64,000 bases of DNA from Mobula hypostoma. Taxonomy: Eukaryota. Position 1 is the first letter of the stretch, and each line of letters starts with the position of its first letter. Below, piece by piece: positions 45,595 through 59,882 of the stretch. A program made the translations under genes and the position numbers. The notes under the pieces were generated by a model. That model did no database searches. It was not told the origin of the DNA and was given only the letters and a program-made list of their open reading frames with translations. The stretch is taken from positions 15,874,001-15,938,000 of the forward strand of contig NC_086118.1 in assembly GCF_963921235.1 (NCBI RefSeq), written 5' to 3'.

Positions 45595-46720
45595 TTACTC
45601 TCTCTACATCCACGGTTGTGTGGCTAGGCACAGCTCAAACACTATCTATAAATTTGCTGATTACACAACTATTTTTGGCAGAATTTCAGATGGTGACAAG
45701 GTGATGTGATAAAGATCAGCTAGTGGAGCGGTGTCGCAGCAGCAACCTTGCAGTCAGCATCAGTAAGGTCAAGGAATTGATTGTGGACTTCAGGGAGGGG
45801 AGGCTGAGGGAACACACGCCAATGCTCATCAACATCTCTGAGGATCTATCCTGGGTCCAACGTATTGAGACAATTACAAAGAAGTCATGATAGTGCTTAT
45901 GTTTCATTAGGAGTCTGAGGAGAATTAGTATTTCACCAAAGACATTTGCAAATTTCTACAGATGTACTGTGGAGAGCATTCTAAACGGTTGCATCACCGT
46001 CTGGTATGGAGGTTCCACTACACAAGGTCGGAAAAAGCCACAGAATATTGTAAACCCAGCCAGCTTCACCTTGGACACTAGCCTCCGCTGCATCCAGGAC
46101 ATCTGCAAAAGGTGATTCCTCAAGAAGGCACCAACTATTACTAAGAACCCTAATCATCAAGGGCATGCCCTCTTCTCATTGCTACCATCAAGATACAAGA
46201 GTCTAAAGACACACACTCAACATTTATTTATTGAGATACAGCATGGAGTAGGCTCCTCCGGCCCTTCGAGGCATGTTACCCAGCAATCCCCCGATTTGAT
46301 TCTAGCCTAATCATAGGACAATTTACACTGAGCAATTAACCTACCATCTGGTACACCTTTGGACTGTGGGAGGAAACTCACGCAGTCACAGAGAGAACGT
46401 ACAAACTCCTTACAGGCAGGATGGGAATTGAACCCAGTTTGCCTATACTGTAAAGCATCATGCTAACCAATACACTACTGTGCCACCAGTTCAGGAACAG
46501 CTCCGTCTCCTCTGCCATCAGATTTCTGAATGGACAATGAACCCATGAACAATACTTCAATATGTTTCTTCTCTCTTTTTCCACTACTTATTTAATTTAT
46601 ATATATATATATCTTAACGTAATTTATATTTTTTAATATTATGTATTGCAATGTACTGCTGCCACAGAACAACAAATTTCATTCCTACGCCAGTGACATT
46701 AAACTTGATTCTGATATTCA
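45595..46720 (+). mobile_element. Rex1/L2-like LINE 3' fragment with SINE insertion at about 46222-46490
   Basis: 'ataaatttgctgat' (KFAD) RT motif, KELIVDF region, 'aacaaatttc...tgattctga' tail. Confidence 0.8.
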
Positions 46721-47153
46721 AACATCCAGATTTAGGATATCATCAATGAGTCCTCCAAGTAACTGGGCATGTTGGTAGTTCAATCAATGCACCTTAGCAT
46801 CAAACAGGAGAGTCCACCTCCATCCACCACCCAGCCCACCCTGAGGTTCATCATCCTCTTGCAGGACATGAGTGGCCACATCAGGAAGCACGGAGGGTAC
46901 AGCTAGAGCCTTGGAGAAAGGTTTGAGTTGAAAATGTTTTGCATCTTATTTTTCTCTATTAAATATGATATAAACTACCCTTTAGGCTGCACTTTAGTTC
47001 ACCAATGTTGGCCCTAGTTTTCTGAGATCCCTCTTGTGTTTATGCACGGCCTCCTTCAGAGCACTTTGACCCTCACAATCAATTTCAAACGTATTATTCC
47101 ACCCGACGTGCAGCATGAATGGCAGGATTCCTGTGCTTATCAAAATTTCCAAT

Positions 47154-47450
47154 ATACACTCAGTGACCACCTTATTAGGTACCTCCTGTGGTAAAGTGGC
47201 CACTGAGTTCCTGCCTGTGATCTTCTGCTGCTGAACCATCCACTTGAAAGTTCGACGTGTTGTGGTTCAGAGATTCTCTTCCGCGCACCACTGTTATAAT
47301 GTGAGGTTATTTGAGTTACTGTCACCTTCCTGTCAGCTCGATTCAGTCTGGCCATTCTCCTCTGACCTCTCTCATTAACAAGGTGCTTTCACCCACACCA
47401 CTGCTGCTCGCTGGATTTTGTTTAGTTTTTTTGCACCATTCTCTGTTAGC
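47154..47450 (-). mobile_element. Tc1-like transposon relic
   Basis: TA-CACTCAGTGACCACCTTATTAGGTAC terminus; HTH-region remnant MARLNRADRKVTVTQIT. Confidence 0.7.
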
Positions 47451-47859
47451 TCAGCATGTAGGCTTCATTAGTTAATTCTAGCATAACGTCACTTATCACC
47501 GCTGTAATAGTCTCCTCAACCATACTCTTTTATTTTTTTCTCCTTTCTTTATCATTTCTGAAAACACTGTAACTCAGAGAGTTTCTGCTCTTCCTTAAGC
47601 CATGCTTTAGTAAAATGCTATGATATTATGTCTGTGTGTCCACCTTGTTTATTCAGCTTATTTTCTTAACTTCTTGCATTGAAACTTCTCCATTGCAAAT
47701 TTTCACCCTTTGCTTTGTCTACCTTCCAAATTCATTTAACAGTGCTGTTTTCACAAACCAATTTTAAACTACCATGGTAACGCTGTAGCAACAAAATCTG
47801 GGATCCCTTGATTCTCTTAATATTTCAAGTCAAGAACCATTGGATACTCCCAGGTAATC

Positions 47860-50214
47860 CATGACAAAACTAAGTTTTAAACAGGTCAGACATCTGCTCT
47901 ATAATATTTTCTAAGGGTAGATGTTATAATTTTTATGTATGTTTCATGGGAGTTTATTCCACATGCTGAAAAAAGTCAAACTGCCAGTGATGAACCCACA
48001 TATCTCAAGAGATAACTTCTATTTTGCTATGTTAGGTTAAATGTATATGAGTGAGTAGAATGAAGGTATTATAACTCCATGGGAGATTTTAATATGTGGT
48101 TAAATTAGAAAAAAAATTCAGATTGGTGCTGGATCCCAAGAGAACAAAGTTGTAGAATGACTATGAGATGGCTTTTTAAAGCAGCTTTTGTCAAGCCCAC
48201 TGTCCAAAAGGAAATTCTAGATTAGGTATTGTGTAGTTTAACAATTTGACTAGTGAGCTTAAGGTAAAGGAACCCTTAAGAGACAGTACTCTCATAATAT
48301 GATAGTTTGGGAGGGAAAATCTAAAATCAGATAGTTTCGTATTACAGTTGAGTAAAGGGAACGACAGAGGCATGAGAGAAGAGCTGGCTAAAGCTGATTG
48401 GAAGGGAATACTAGCAGGATGATGGCAGAGCAGTAATGGCTTGCATTTTGCGAAGTACTTCAGAAGACATAGGACTGGTTCATCCTAAAGAAGTATTCTA
48501 AAGAGAGGATGAGACAAAAATTGCTGATAAGGGAAGTCAAAGACAGCATAAAAGCAAAACAGCGTAGCAAAGTATTGGGAAGCTGGAGGATTGCAAGGTT
48601 TTTATAAACTAACAGAAAGCAACCAAAAATGCAATAAGGAGAGAAAAGATGAAATATGAAGGTGAACTAGCCAATAATATGAAAGAGGATGTTAAACAAT
48701 TTTTCAAATGTAAAAGAGTAAAAGAAAGACAAGAGGGGCATCAGATGGCTGGAAATTTATGCTGGAGAGGTAGTAATGGGAAACAGAGAAATGGTGGATG
48801 AACTGAGTAAGTATTTTCAGAATCAGAATCAAAATCAGGTTTAATATCACCAGCATACATCATGAAACCTGTTGATTTTGTGGCTGCAGTACAATGCAAT
48901 ACATAATAATAGAAAAACTGTGAATTACAGTTTATATATATATATATAAAATAGTTAAATTAGTAAGGCAAAAATAGAAATGAAAAAAGTAGTGAGGTAG
49001 TGTTCATGAGTTCAATGTTCATTCAGAAAACAGATGGCAGAGGGGAAGAAGCCTTTCCTGAATCATTGAGTGTGTCTTTTCATGTTTCTGTATCTCCATC
49101 CTGATGGTAGCAATGAGAACCTGGGTGATGGGGGACCTTAATGATGGATGCCACCTTTCTGAGGCATCACTCCTTGAAGACGTCCTGGATATTACAGAGG
49201 CTGGTGCTCATGATGGAGCTGACTAAGTTTACAACTCTCTGCAGCTTATTTCAATCCTATGCAGTGTCTCCCCCCCAACCAAGACAGATAGTGATGCAGC
49301 CTGTTAGAATGCTCTCCACAGTACATATGTAGAAATTTGTGAGAGTTTTTTTGGTGATATACCAAATCTTCTCAAACTCTTCATGAAATTTAGCCGTGGT
49401 CATGCCTTCTTTGTAGCTGCATCAATATGTTGGGTCCAGGATAGATTCTCAGAGATACTGACACCCAGGAACTTGAAATTGCTTCCAGTTCAGATCCCTC
49501 TGTGAGGACTGGTACATGTTCCCTCTTCTTACCCTTTCTGAAGTCCATAATTAGTTCTTTGGTCTTACTGATAATGAGTGCCAGGTTGCTGCAGTGACAC
49601 CACTCAACTGGCTAGTAAATCTTGCTCCTGTATGCGTTCTCATCACCATCTGAAATTCTGCCAACAATGGTTGTATCATCAGCAAATTTATAAATTGTTT
49701 TTGAGCTGTGCCTAGCCACACAGTCATGGGTGTACAGAGAGTAGACCAGTGGGCTAAGCACACCACTCTTTAAGAACAGAGGCAGGCAAAAGTCAGGAGA
49801 TTATAGGCCAGTGAGCCTGACTTCAGTGGTTGGCAAGATGCTAGAGTCCATTATTTAACATGATGTTTCAGGGTACTTGGAGGCACACTATAAAATAAGC
49901 CAAAGTCAGTCTGGTTTCTTTAAGAGAAAGTTTTGCCTTACAAATCAGTTGGAATTTTTTGAGGAAGTAACAGGCAGGATAGACAAAGGAGAGGTAGTGA
50001 TTGCTAGTTACTTGGATTTTCAGAAGGCCTTTAGCAAGATGTTGCTTAACATGAGCCCATGCTATTACAGTAAAGATACTAGCGTGGACAGAAGATTAGC
50101 TGACTGGCAGAACGCATAGAGTTAGAATAACGAGTGCATTTTCTGGTTGGCTGCCAGTGACTAGTGGTGTTCCACAGAGGCTAGAGTTGAGTCTTTTACT
50201 TTTCATATTATATG
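47860..50214 (+). mobile_element. Degenerate CR1 ORF2 interrupted by a Rex1-like LINE and ended by an LTR insertion
   Basis: Endonuclease-to-RT remnants; CLTNQLEFFEEVT...YLDFQKAF. Confidence 0.75.
48818..49765 (-). mobile_element. Rex1/L2-like LINE 3' fragment with (AGAATC)n tail
   Basis: Reverse complement of the 45595-46720 family; LYTHDC and KFADD motifs. Confidence 0.8.
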
Positions 50215-51800
50215 TGTAACCCTCTCACCGGGCTTGTATACAAACTTGGCTCAGTAGCTAACTCGGCTAACAGCCATGTGACTCAGCAAAGAGAAGATCA
50301 TCTTCCATAAACAATTTGTGTCTAGTGTTAGTATGATTTGGGGTTCAACCAAACAGGAACCTCGTGATGTTCAGATTAAAGAAACCTCGATTTGAGTAAA
50401 TGCTGTGTAAATACTACCTGTACACAATTATCGGTTGGCAAGAAACAACAGATTGTACACCACATAAAATTACAAAGAAAGTATATTTACCAATTTCAGC
50501 TTTATCAAACAGTTAATAGGACAAAATAAGGAAAGAAAAGAGAAGGGTCCATTACAGTTAAACCAGTCCAATGTGAACATAACTGTTGGAACTCATACTG
50601 GAGTATTTGGGGGTGTATTTCTGACTCACGCACTGGACCCACGGTCTGCGTGAAAACACTCACCACATTCTGAACTTCCCTGAAAGTCCATCTCAAGCAA
50701 ACAGGCCCTCTCTCTCCAGCGTATTGCCCTTCCTCCTTGCAGTCATTCATCTACACAAAGCACTCCTTGCAACAGGGACTCTCCTTCCAACCGCTTTCTG
50801 CGGCATCTTCCCTCCTGTCCCTCACCGCAGCTCCTGCCAAAAGACCCCAAACCAGGCCACTGTCCTTCAGAAACCTCTTCCTCACAGCCCTCTAGAACCT
50901 TCTCTCACATCCCACAGTCCTGACTGGCTGACTCACATTCCCAAGCTGGACAACATGGTCTTTATCTTGGACTATCTCACAGAATAGCAGTAGAAATCTT
51001 AACCACCGTGTTACACTCCCCCCCCCCCCACCACCACCAAAATAGTTATGTCCTCATGACTTTGGAACTTATTAAAACATTCTTAATGACACAGTATTCA
51101 AATGAATTTCGTGATTTCAGAACCCCCAATCCATTTGTAAATGGAAGTAGCATATCACACTGTTGGTATGGACACAACACACTGTTTCCCTGGTGCATCA
51201 TTTGCCAGCCTGTCTGGGGGTTTCCTGACTCTCTGACACCTTCTTTTCTCATTATCATCTTCAGCTTCAGGTGCTTCTTGTGACCTTACCTGTCTGCTAG
51301 AGGATGCCTCCGCTGCATATCACTCATACCTTCCAGTGGCTCAGGTCCCCCTGCCCTCTGTCTTAAGCAGGTGTTGCTGAACATCTTCAACCTCCGCTGG
51401 TGCTAGCCAGTGAAATCTCTCTCAGAAAGGTGTGTCCTCCGTCACTCTAATAGTGTGGCAAGTACCCTTGGAGCAACCAACATCAAACTGGTCAGTAGAA
51501 AAGACATCTTCACATTCCAACATCTTCTCAGCTAATCTCCATTTCTGTTCCTCAGGTATTGGTGAATCACCAAAGTTGAATGACTTTGATGCAACTTCCT
51601 CACTCCAGGAGATTGTTTTTCTTCTGTTTTCCCTGGAACACTAGACACTGCCATCACAGGAAAAAGAGGGGCAATCGGCATTCCAAGTCTGAGGGTAACA
51701 TCTCTTCCTGAGTTGTTCCTAATAATCACTATCATCCTGACATTCATCTGATGGGTGATTTAGTTAGAAGGATTTTTATCAATTTTAAAGTCAAAAAGAT
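50215..51800 (-). mobile_element. LTR retrotransposon remnant: 3' LTR (50215-51015), polypurine tract (51016-51038) and some internal sequence (far boundary approximate)
   Basis: TGTAAC...GTTACA inverted termini; GGTGGTGG(G)nAG directly abuts the LTR on the minus strand. Confidence 0.7.
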
Positions 51801-52077
51801 GAGAAGAAATTTTTTTCACAACAGATGATACATTGAATCATGGAAATTCATAGCAGAGGAGGCCATAAATTTCTGTGATACTTATCATTCTACATAAACT
51901 TCAATCAACCCTGCTCTCCTGCTGTTTGAACATTATTCCCTATTTATATAGCCCCAGCTGTACAAGCTCCTGCCATCCCTGAATACCTTACCTTGATAGC
52001 TTTAGATTGTTCTCCAAAATCTTTCCTGTCATCCCATTTACAATTCTTTCCTGTCATCCCATTAACAATAAATACTC

Positions 52078-55000
52078 CTGCTTGAGTACTGTTGGTGGGG
52101 TGGGGGGAAAGGCCTACCTGGGGGAAGCAACAGTGGCTGCAGCTCTGGCACAGAGTCTGGTCCTGTGGCTCAGAAAGGTAGGGAAAGGAAGAGGATGGCA
52201 GCAGTGGTAGGGGACTCTATAGTTAGGGGGTCAGACAGGTGATTCTGTGGATGCAGGAAAGAAACACGGATGGTAGTTTACCTCCCACGTGCCAGGGTCC
52301 AGGATGTTTCTGATTGCATCCATGATATCTTGCAGTGGGAAGGAGAACACCCAGAGGTCATGGTACATTTGGTACCAATGACATATGTAGGAAAAGGGAG
52401 GAGATCCTGAAAGCAGCCTACAGGGAGTTAGGAAGGAAATTGAGAAACAGGACCTCAAAGGTAGTAATCTCGGGATTACTGCCTGTGCCACGTTACAGTG
52501 AGTATAGGAATAGAATGAGGTGGAGGACAAATGTGTGGCTAAGAGATTGGAGCAGAGAGCAGGGATTCAGATATCTGGATCACTGGGACCTCCTTTGGGG
52601 CAGAGGTGACCTGTACAAAAAGGGCAGGTTGCACTTGAATCCCAGGGGGACCAATATCCTGGCAGGGAGGTTTCCTAAGGCTGTTGGGGAGAGTTTAAAC
52701 TAGGATTGCTTGTTGATTGCTGGAACCAAACTGAAGAGACGGAGAAAGAGGCAGTTGGCTCACAAATAGAGAAAGCTTGGGGACACTGCGAGAGGGAGGA
52801 TAGGCAGGTGATAGAGAAGGGATATGCTCAGACCAATGGTTTGAGATGTGTCTATTTTAATGCAAGGAATGTTATGAACAAAGCGGATTAGCTTAGAGCG
52901 CGGATCAGTACTTGGAGCTATGATGTTGTGGCCATTACAGAGACTTGGATGGTGCAGGCGCAGGAATGGTTACTTGGAGTGCCAGGCTTTAGATGTTTCA
53001 GAAAGGACAGGGAGGGAGGCAGAAGAGGTGGGGGAATGGCACTGTTGATCAGAGATAGTGTCACGGCTGCAGAAAAGGAGGAATACATGGAGGAATTGTC
53101 TACGGAGTCTCTGTGGGTGGAAGTTAGGAACAGGAAGGGGTCAACAACTATACTGGGTGTTTTTTATAGACCAGCCAATAGTAACAGGGACATCAAGGAG
53201 CAGATAGGGAGACAGATTCTGGAAAGGTGTAATAATAACAAGGTTGCTGTGTTGGGAGATCTTAATTTCCCAAATATCGATTGGCATCTCTCTAGTGCGA
53301 GGGGTTTAAATGGGGTGGAGTTTGTTAGGTGGGTTCAGGAAGGTTTCTTGACACAGTATGTAGATAAGCCTACAAAAGGAGAGGCTGTACTTGATCTGGT
53401 ATTGGGAAATGAACCTGGTCAGGTGTCAAATCTCTCAGAGGGAGAGCACTTTGGAGATAGTGATCACAATTCTATCTCCTTTACCATAGCATTAGAGAGG
53501 GATAGAAACAGACAAGTTAGGAACACGTTTAATTGGAGTAAGAAGAAAAATGAGGCTATCAGGCAGGAACTTGGAAGCATAAATTGGAAACAGATGCTCT
53601 CAGGAAAACATATGGAAGAAATGTGGCAAATGTTCAGGGGATATTTGCGTGGAGTTCTGCATAGGTACGTTCCAATGAGACAGGGAAAGGATGGTAGGGT
53701 ACAGAAACCGTGGTGTACAAAGGCTGTTGTAAGTCAAGTCAAGAAGAAAAGAAGAGCTTACAAAAGGTTCAAAGAACTAGATAATGATAGAGATCTAGAA
53801 GATTATAAGGCTTGCAGGAAGGGGTTTAAGAATGAAATTAAGAGAGCCAGAAGGAGTCATGAGAAGGCCTTGGCAGACAGGATTAAGGAAAACCCCAAGG
53901 CATTCTACAAGTATGTGAAGAGCAAGAGGATAAGACGTAAAGAGAACAGGACCAATCAAGCTGACAGTGGAAAAGTGCATATGGAACCGGAGGAGATAGC
54001 AGAGGCACTTAGTAAGCACTTTGCTTCAGTGTTCACTACAGAGAAGGATCTTGGCAATTGTAGGGATGAATTACAGTGGACCAAAAGGTTTGAGCATGTA
54101 GATATTAAGGAAGAGGATGTGCTGGAGCTTTTGGAAAGCATCAAGTTGGATAAGTCACCGTGACCAGACAAGATATACCCAAGGCTACTGTGGGAGGCGA
54201 GGGAGGAGATTGCTGAGCCTCTGGCGATGATCTTTGCATCATCAATGGGAATTGGAGAGGATCCGGAGGATTGGAGGGTTGCGGATGTTATTCCCTTATT
54301 CAAGAAAGGGAGTAGAGATAGCCCAGGAAATTATAGATCAGTGAGTCATACTTCAGTGATTGGAAAGTTGATGGAGAAGTTCCTGAGAGGCAGGATTTAT
54401 GAACATTTGGAGAGGCATAATATGATTAGGAATAGTCAGCATGGCTTTGTGAAAGGCAGGCCATGCCTTAAGAGCCTGATTGAATTTTTTGAGGATGTGA
54501 CTAAACACATTGATGAAGGTAGAGCAGTAGATGTAGTGTATATGGATTTCAGCAAGGCATTTAATAAGTTACCCCATGCAAGGCTTATTGAGAAAGTAAG
54601 GAGGCATGGGATCCAAGGGGACGTTGCTTTGTGGATCCAGAACTTGCTTGCCCACAGAAGGCAAAGACTGGTTGTAGACAGGTCATATTCTGCATGGATA
54701 TCAGTGACCAGTGGTGTGCCTCAGGCATCTGTTCTGGGACCCCTACTCTTTGTGATTTTTATAAATGACCTGGATGAGGAACTGGAGGGATGGGTTAGTA
54801 AATTTGCTGATGACACAAAGGTTGGGGGCGTTGTGGAATGTGTGGAGGGCTGTCAGAGTTTACAGCAGGACATTGATAGGATGCAAAACTAGGCTGAGAA
54901 GTGGCAGATGGAGTTCAACCCAGATAAGTGTGAGGTGGTTCATTTTGGTAGGTCAAATATGATGGCAAAATATAGTATTAATGGTAAGACTCTTGGCAGT

Positions 55001-55745
55001 GTGGAGGATCAGAGGGATCTTGGGGTCCGAGTCCATAGGATACTCAATGCTGCTACGCAGGTTGACTCTGTGGTTAAGAAGCCATACGGTGCACTGGCCT
55101 TCATCAACCATGGGATTGAGCTTAAGAGCCGAGAGGTAATGTTGCAGCTATATAGGACCCTGGTCAGACCCCACTTGGAGTACTGTGCTCAGTTCTGGTT
55201 GCCTCACTGCAGGAAGGATGTGGAAACCATAGAAAGGATGCAGAGGAGATTTACAAGGAGGTTGCCTGGATTGGGGAGTATGCCTTATGAAAAGAGATTG
55301 AGTGAACTCGGCTTTTTCTCCTTGGAGTGACGGAGGATGAGAGGTGACCTGATAGAGGTGTATAAGATATATAGGTGTATAAGGTATATAGAGGCATTGA
55401 TTGTGTGGATAGTCAGAGGCTTTTTGCCAGGGCTGAGACGTCTAGTACGAGAGTGCATAGTTTTAAGGTGCTTGAAAGAAGGTACAGAGGAGATGTCAGA
55501 GGTAAGTTCTTTTTTATGTAGAGAGGGGTGAGTACATGGAATGGGCTGCCAGTGACAGTGGTGAAGGCAGATACGATAGGGTTTTTTAAGAGACTCCTGG
55601 ACAGGTACATGGAGCTTAGAAAAATAAAGGGCAATGGGTAACCGTAGATAATTTCTAAGGTAAGGACATGTTCAGAACAGCTTTGTGGGCTGAAGGGCCT
55701 GAATTGTGCAGTAGGTTTTCTACATTTCTATGTTTCTATGTTTCT
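52078..55745 (+). mobile_element. Near-complete CR1 LINE: ORF1 SGNH-esterase part plus APE endonuclease/RT ORF2, several stops and frameshifts
   Basis: VVGDSIVRG and GTND (ORF1); ITETW, GDLNFP, SDHN (APE); SGVPQ, KFADD (RT); (tttctatg)n tail. Confidence 0.95.
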
Positions 55746-56304
55746 TCCACCTGTCTTTCTTCTTTATAGATTGTCAGTAGCAAACCATAAATATAACAAT
55801 TTTAATCATTCTTTTTTAATATCTCTTTATTTAACTGAACGTAGATATCTTTTGTTAGGCACCTTGGGACATATTTTGAAATAAAAATCTTAATTCTTAT
55901 ATTTTCTGTAGAAGCTGTTGGTTCATTTCAGAAGGGAGGTGATTTGAATGCTGGCTATGAAATTAATTTGATTGCTGAGCTGTGCAATTATACAGCAAAA
56001 GCTTGAAAATCTTGAAGGAATCTGAAAGAAGATTATACAAAAAATGGTAAGAGTGAGCAGTGTGAATGAACACTGTGCAGCCCAAGACATTTTATTTACC
56101 TTATCATTGTTAATATACAGTAGATATACAAGTGAAGGCATTCTATCTTGTGACCTCTGCCTTTTATGACTTAAGCCAGTTTCATCAAAGTAAAAACAGC
56201 CTTATATATTTAAGTGCTACCATGTTAAACAACTAAAATACATTTTTTGAGGAAACTGAGTACATATAACATAGTACAAACTATGGAATTAAGGTCTGTC
56301 AGAA

Positions 56305-56415
56305 ACAAGAGAAACTAGTCCTGCCGAAGGGTCTCTGCCCAAAACGTGGACTGTACTCTTCTCCACAGATGCCGCCTGACCAGCTAAGCTCCTCAGCATT
56401 TTGTGTGTGTTGCTT
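56305..56415 (+). mobile_element. Penelope tail fragment with degenerate hammerhead motif (56317-56352)
   Basis: agtcctgccgaagggtctctgcccaaaacgtggact followed by the tail. Confidence 0.65.
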
Positions 56416-57106
56416 GAATTGAGGTCCTGGTTAGATTTTTACAGTTCAGCTATTATACAAGGTAATAGGAGAATAATTTTTAATCCTAGAATGATAATCA
56501 CAATTTGGATAAACCAAGACTCTGACTCAATAAGAACTGTTACTGTAGCCTGGAGTTTTAATTGTAAAAATATATCAAATTCAGCTTTCTTCACTGGCTT
56601 TATCTACAGCATTTTTCTTTACCTTTGCCCAGCTGTACGTTTTCATTTTAAAAGCATGCCAACCATCCAAATGTCAGTATAGTACGGGTGGCAGTTTCCA
56701 TTTATGAGACAGCTGCTAATACATTTTTGTATCAGCTGTTCTGGATACTTCTTGACTGTCCAAATGCAATAAATTTCTCTTCTGTCTGCAAACTTTGTCA
56801 TGATTTTCACATCATCCAACTTCAGCTTTACCTATTTACCTAGTTCCATTATTTATCCACAGAATTACCTCAATAACTTCTCTTCCGCTCCTGCATTCTT
56901 ACTTCTGGTGTTTTCCATGGATCTTTTCCCCTGCCCTCCTGTCTCTCATCCCTTTTGCTGTTCCTTAACAAAATCATCTGAAAATGCTGGACATTTCCTA
57001 TGATCTGTGTTTTATAGTTTTTGTATGTTCCTTTGTTTATTATTCATTCCCTTATTAACCTATCTTTCTGTTCTTCTCTTCTCCCCGCCCTCTACAATGT
57101 AATGAA

Positions 57107-59882
57107 GCAACACACATCAAAGTTGCTGGTGAACGCAGCAGGCCAGGCAGCATCTATAGGAAGAGGCGCAGTCGACGTTTCAGGCCGAGACCCTTCGTCA
57201 GGACTAACTGAAGGAAGAGTGAGTAAGGGATTTGAAAGCTGGAGGGGGCGGGGGAGATCCAAAATGATAGGAGAAGACAGGAGGGGGAGGGATGGAGCTG
57301 AGAGCTGGACAGGTGATAGGCAGAAGGGGATACGAGAGGATCATGGGACAGGAGGTCCGGGAAGAAAGACGGGGGGGGAGTGACCCAGAGGATGGGCAAG
57401 AGGTATATTCAGAGGGACAGAGGGAGAAAAAGGAGAGTGAGAGAAAGAATGTGTGCATAAAAAAGAGTAACAGATGGGGTACGAGGGGGAGGTGGGGCCT
57501 AGCGGAAGTTAGAGAAGTCAATGTTCATGCCATCAGGTTGGAGGCTACCCATACGGAATATAAGGTGTTGTTCCTCCAACCTGAGTGTGGCTTCATCTTT
57601 ACAGTAGAGGAGGCCGTGGATAGACATGTCAGAATGGGAATGGGATGTGGAATTAAAATGTGTGGCCACTGGGAGATCCTGCTTTCTCTGGCGGACAGAG
57701 CGTAGATGTTCAGCAAAGCGGTCTCCCAGTCTGCGTCGGGTCTCACCAATATATAAAAGGCCACAACGGGAGCACCGGACGCAGTGTATCACCCCAGTCG
57801 ACTCACAGGTGAAGTGATGCCTCACCTGGAAGGACTGTTTGGGGCCCTGAATGGTGGTAAGGGAGGAAGTGTAAGGGCATGTGTAGCACTTGTTCCGCTT
57901 ACACGGATAAGTGCCAGGAGGGAGATCAGTGGGGAGGGATGGGGGGGACGAATGGACAAGGGAGTTGTGTAGGGAGCGATCCCTACGGAATGCAGAGAGA
58001 GGGGGAGGGAAAGATATGCTTAGTGGTGGGATCCCGTTGGAGGTGGCGGAAGTTACGGAGAATAATATGTTGGACCCGGAGGCTGGTGGGATGGTAGGTG
58101 AGGACCAGGGGAACCCTATTCCTAGTGGGGTGGTGGGAGGATGGAGTGAGAGCAGATGTACGTGAAATGGGGGAGATGCGTTTAAGAGCAGAATTGATAG
58201 TGGAGGAAGGGAAGCCCCTTTCTTTAAAAAATGAAGACATCTCCCTCGTCCTAGAATGAAAAGCCTCATCCTGAGAGCAGATGCGGCGGAGACGGAGGAA
58301 TTACGAGAAGGGGATGGCGTTTTTGCAAGAGACAGGGTGAGAAGAGGAATAGTCCAGATAGCTGTGAGAGTCAGTAGGCTTATAGTAGACATCAGTGGAT
58401 AAGCTGTCTCCAGAGACAGAGACAGAAAGATCTAGAAAGGGGAGGGAGGTGTCGGAAATGGACCAGGTAAACTTGAGGGCAGGGTGAAAGTTGAAGGCAA
58501 AGTTAATAAAGTCAACGAGTTCTGCATGCGTGCAGGAAGCAGCGCCAATGCAGTCGTCGATGTAGCGAAGGAAAAGTAGGGGACAGATACCAGAATAGGC
58601 ACGGAACATAGATTGTTCCACAAACCCAACAAAAAGGCAGGCATAGCTAGGACCCATACCGGTGCCCATAGCTACACCTTTAGTTTGGAGGAAATGGGAG
58701 GAGCAAAAGGAGAAATTATTAAGAGTAAGGACTAATTCTACTAGACGGAGCAGAGTGGTGGTAGAGGGGAACTGATTAGGTCTGGAATCCAAAAAGAAGC
58801 GTAGAGCTTTGAGACCTTCCTGATGGGGGATGGAAGTATATAGGGACTGGACATCCATGGTGAAAATAAAGCGGTGGGGGCCAGGGAACTTAAAATCATC
58901 GAAAAGTTTAAGAGCGTGAGAAGTGTCACGAACATAGGTCGGAAGGGATTGAACAAGGGGTGATAAAAGAGTGTCGAGGTATGCAGAAACGAGTTCGGTG
59001 GGGCAGGAGCAAGCTGAGACAATAGGTCGGCCAGGACAGGCAGGTTTGTGGATCTTGGGTAGGAGGTAGAAACGGGAAGTGCGGGGTGTGGGAACTATAA
59101 GGTTGGTAGCAGTGGATGGGAGATCCCCTGAGCGGATAAAGTCGTTGATAGTGTGGGAGACAATGGCCTGGTGCTCCTTAGTGGGGTCACGATCGAGGGG
59201 TAAATAAGAGGAGGTATCCGCGAGTTGTCGCTGTGCCTCGGCAAGGTAGAGGTCAGTGCGCCAGACTACAACAGCACCCCCTTTATCAGCGGGTTTAATA
59301 ATAAGGTTAGGATTAGTGCGGAGGGAGTGGAGAGCAGAGCGTTCCGAAGGAGTGAGGTTGGAATGGGGACAAGGTGTGGTGAAGTCGAGACGGTTGATGT
59401 CCCGTCGGCAGTTAGCAATAAAGAGATCCAGAGCAGGCAGAAGACCAGAGCGGGGTGTCCATGAAGAAGAGGAGGGTTGAAGACGGGAGAAGGGGTCATC
59501 GGTGGGGGTGGAAGAGTCCTTGCCGAAGAAGTAGGCTCGGAGACGGAGACGGCGGAAGAAAAGTTCCGCATCATGGCGAACACGGAACTCGCTGAGGTGT
59601 GGGCGAAGGGGGACAAACGTGAGGCCCTTACTGAGAACAGAGCGTTCTGCCTCCGACTGTTGAAGGTCGGAGGGGATGGTAAAGACCCGGCACGGATGAG
59701 AGCTGGGATCAGAGGGGGGAGGGGGGAGGCTGGGGGTGTCAGTGGAGAGGGGAGGGTTGGGGTGAGAGGAAGATGGAGCCTCTGAGGGCCCAGGAGCTGA
59801 CGGTGGGATCTGAGGAAGACGGGGCTGCGGAGTGGTGGTGGGGGAAGGGGAGACGGGAGTCACAACAGCAGCACATAAAGAC
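57107..59882 (-). mobile_element. Young 5'-truncated Penelope-like element (RT plus GIY-YIG) with one nonsense codon and one frameshift
   Basis: IIKPADKG, FYLLPKIHK, MDVQSLYTSIP, GVAMG, RYIDD, YIGET; TAA at 58301-58303; frameshift near 58005; GTAATGAA direct repeat at 57099-57106 and 59883-59890. Confidence 0.95.
57170..57205 (-). ncRNA. Minimal type I hammerhead ribozyme motif, core intact
   Basis: AGUC-CUGACGA-A-GGGucucggCCU-GAAA-C-GUC-GACU in the Penelope 3' tail. Confidence 0.75.
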
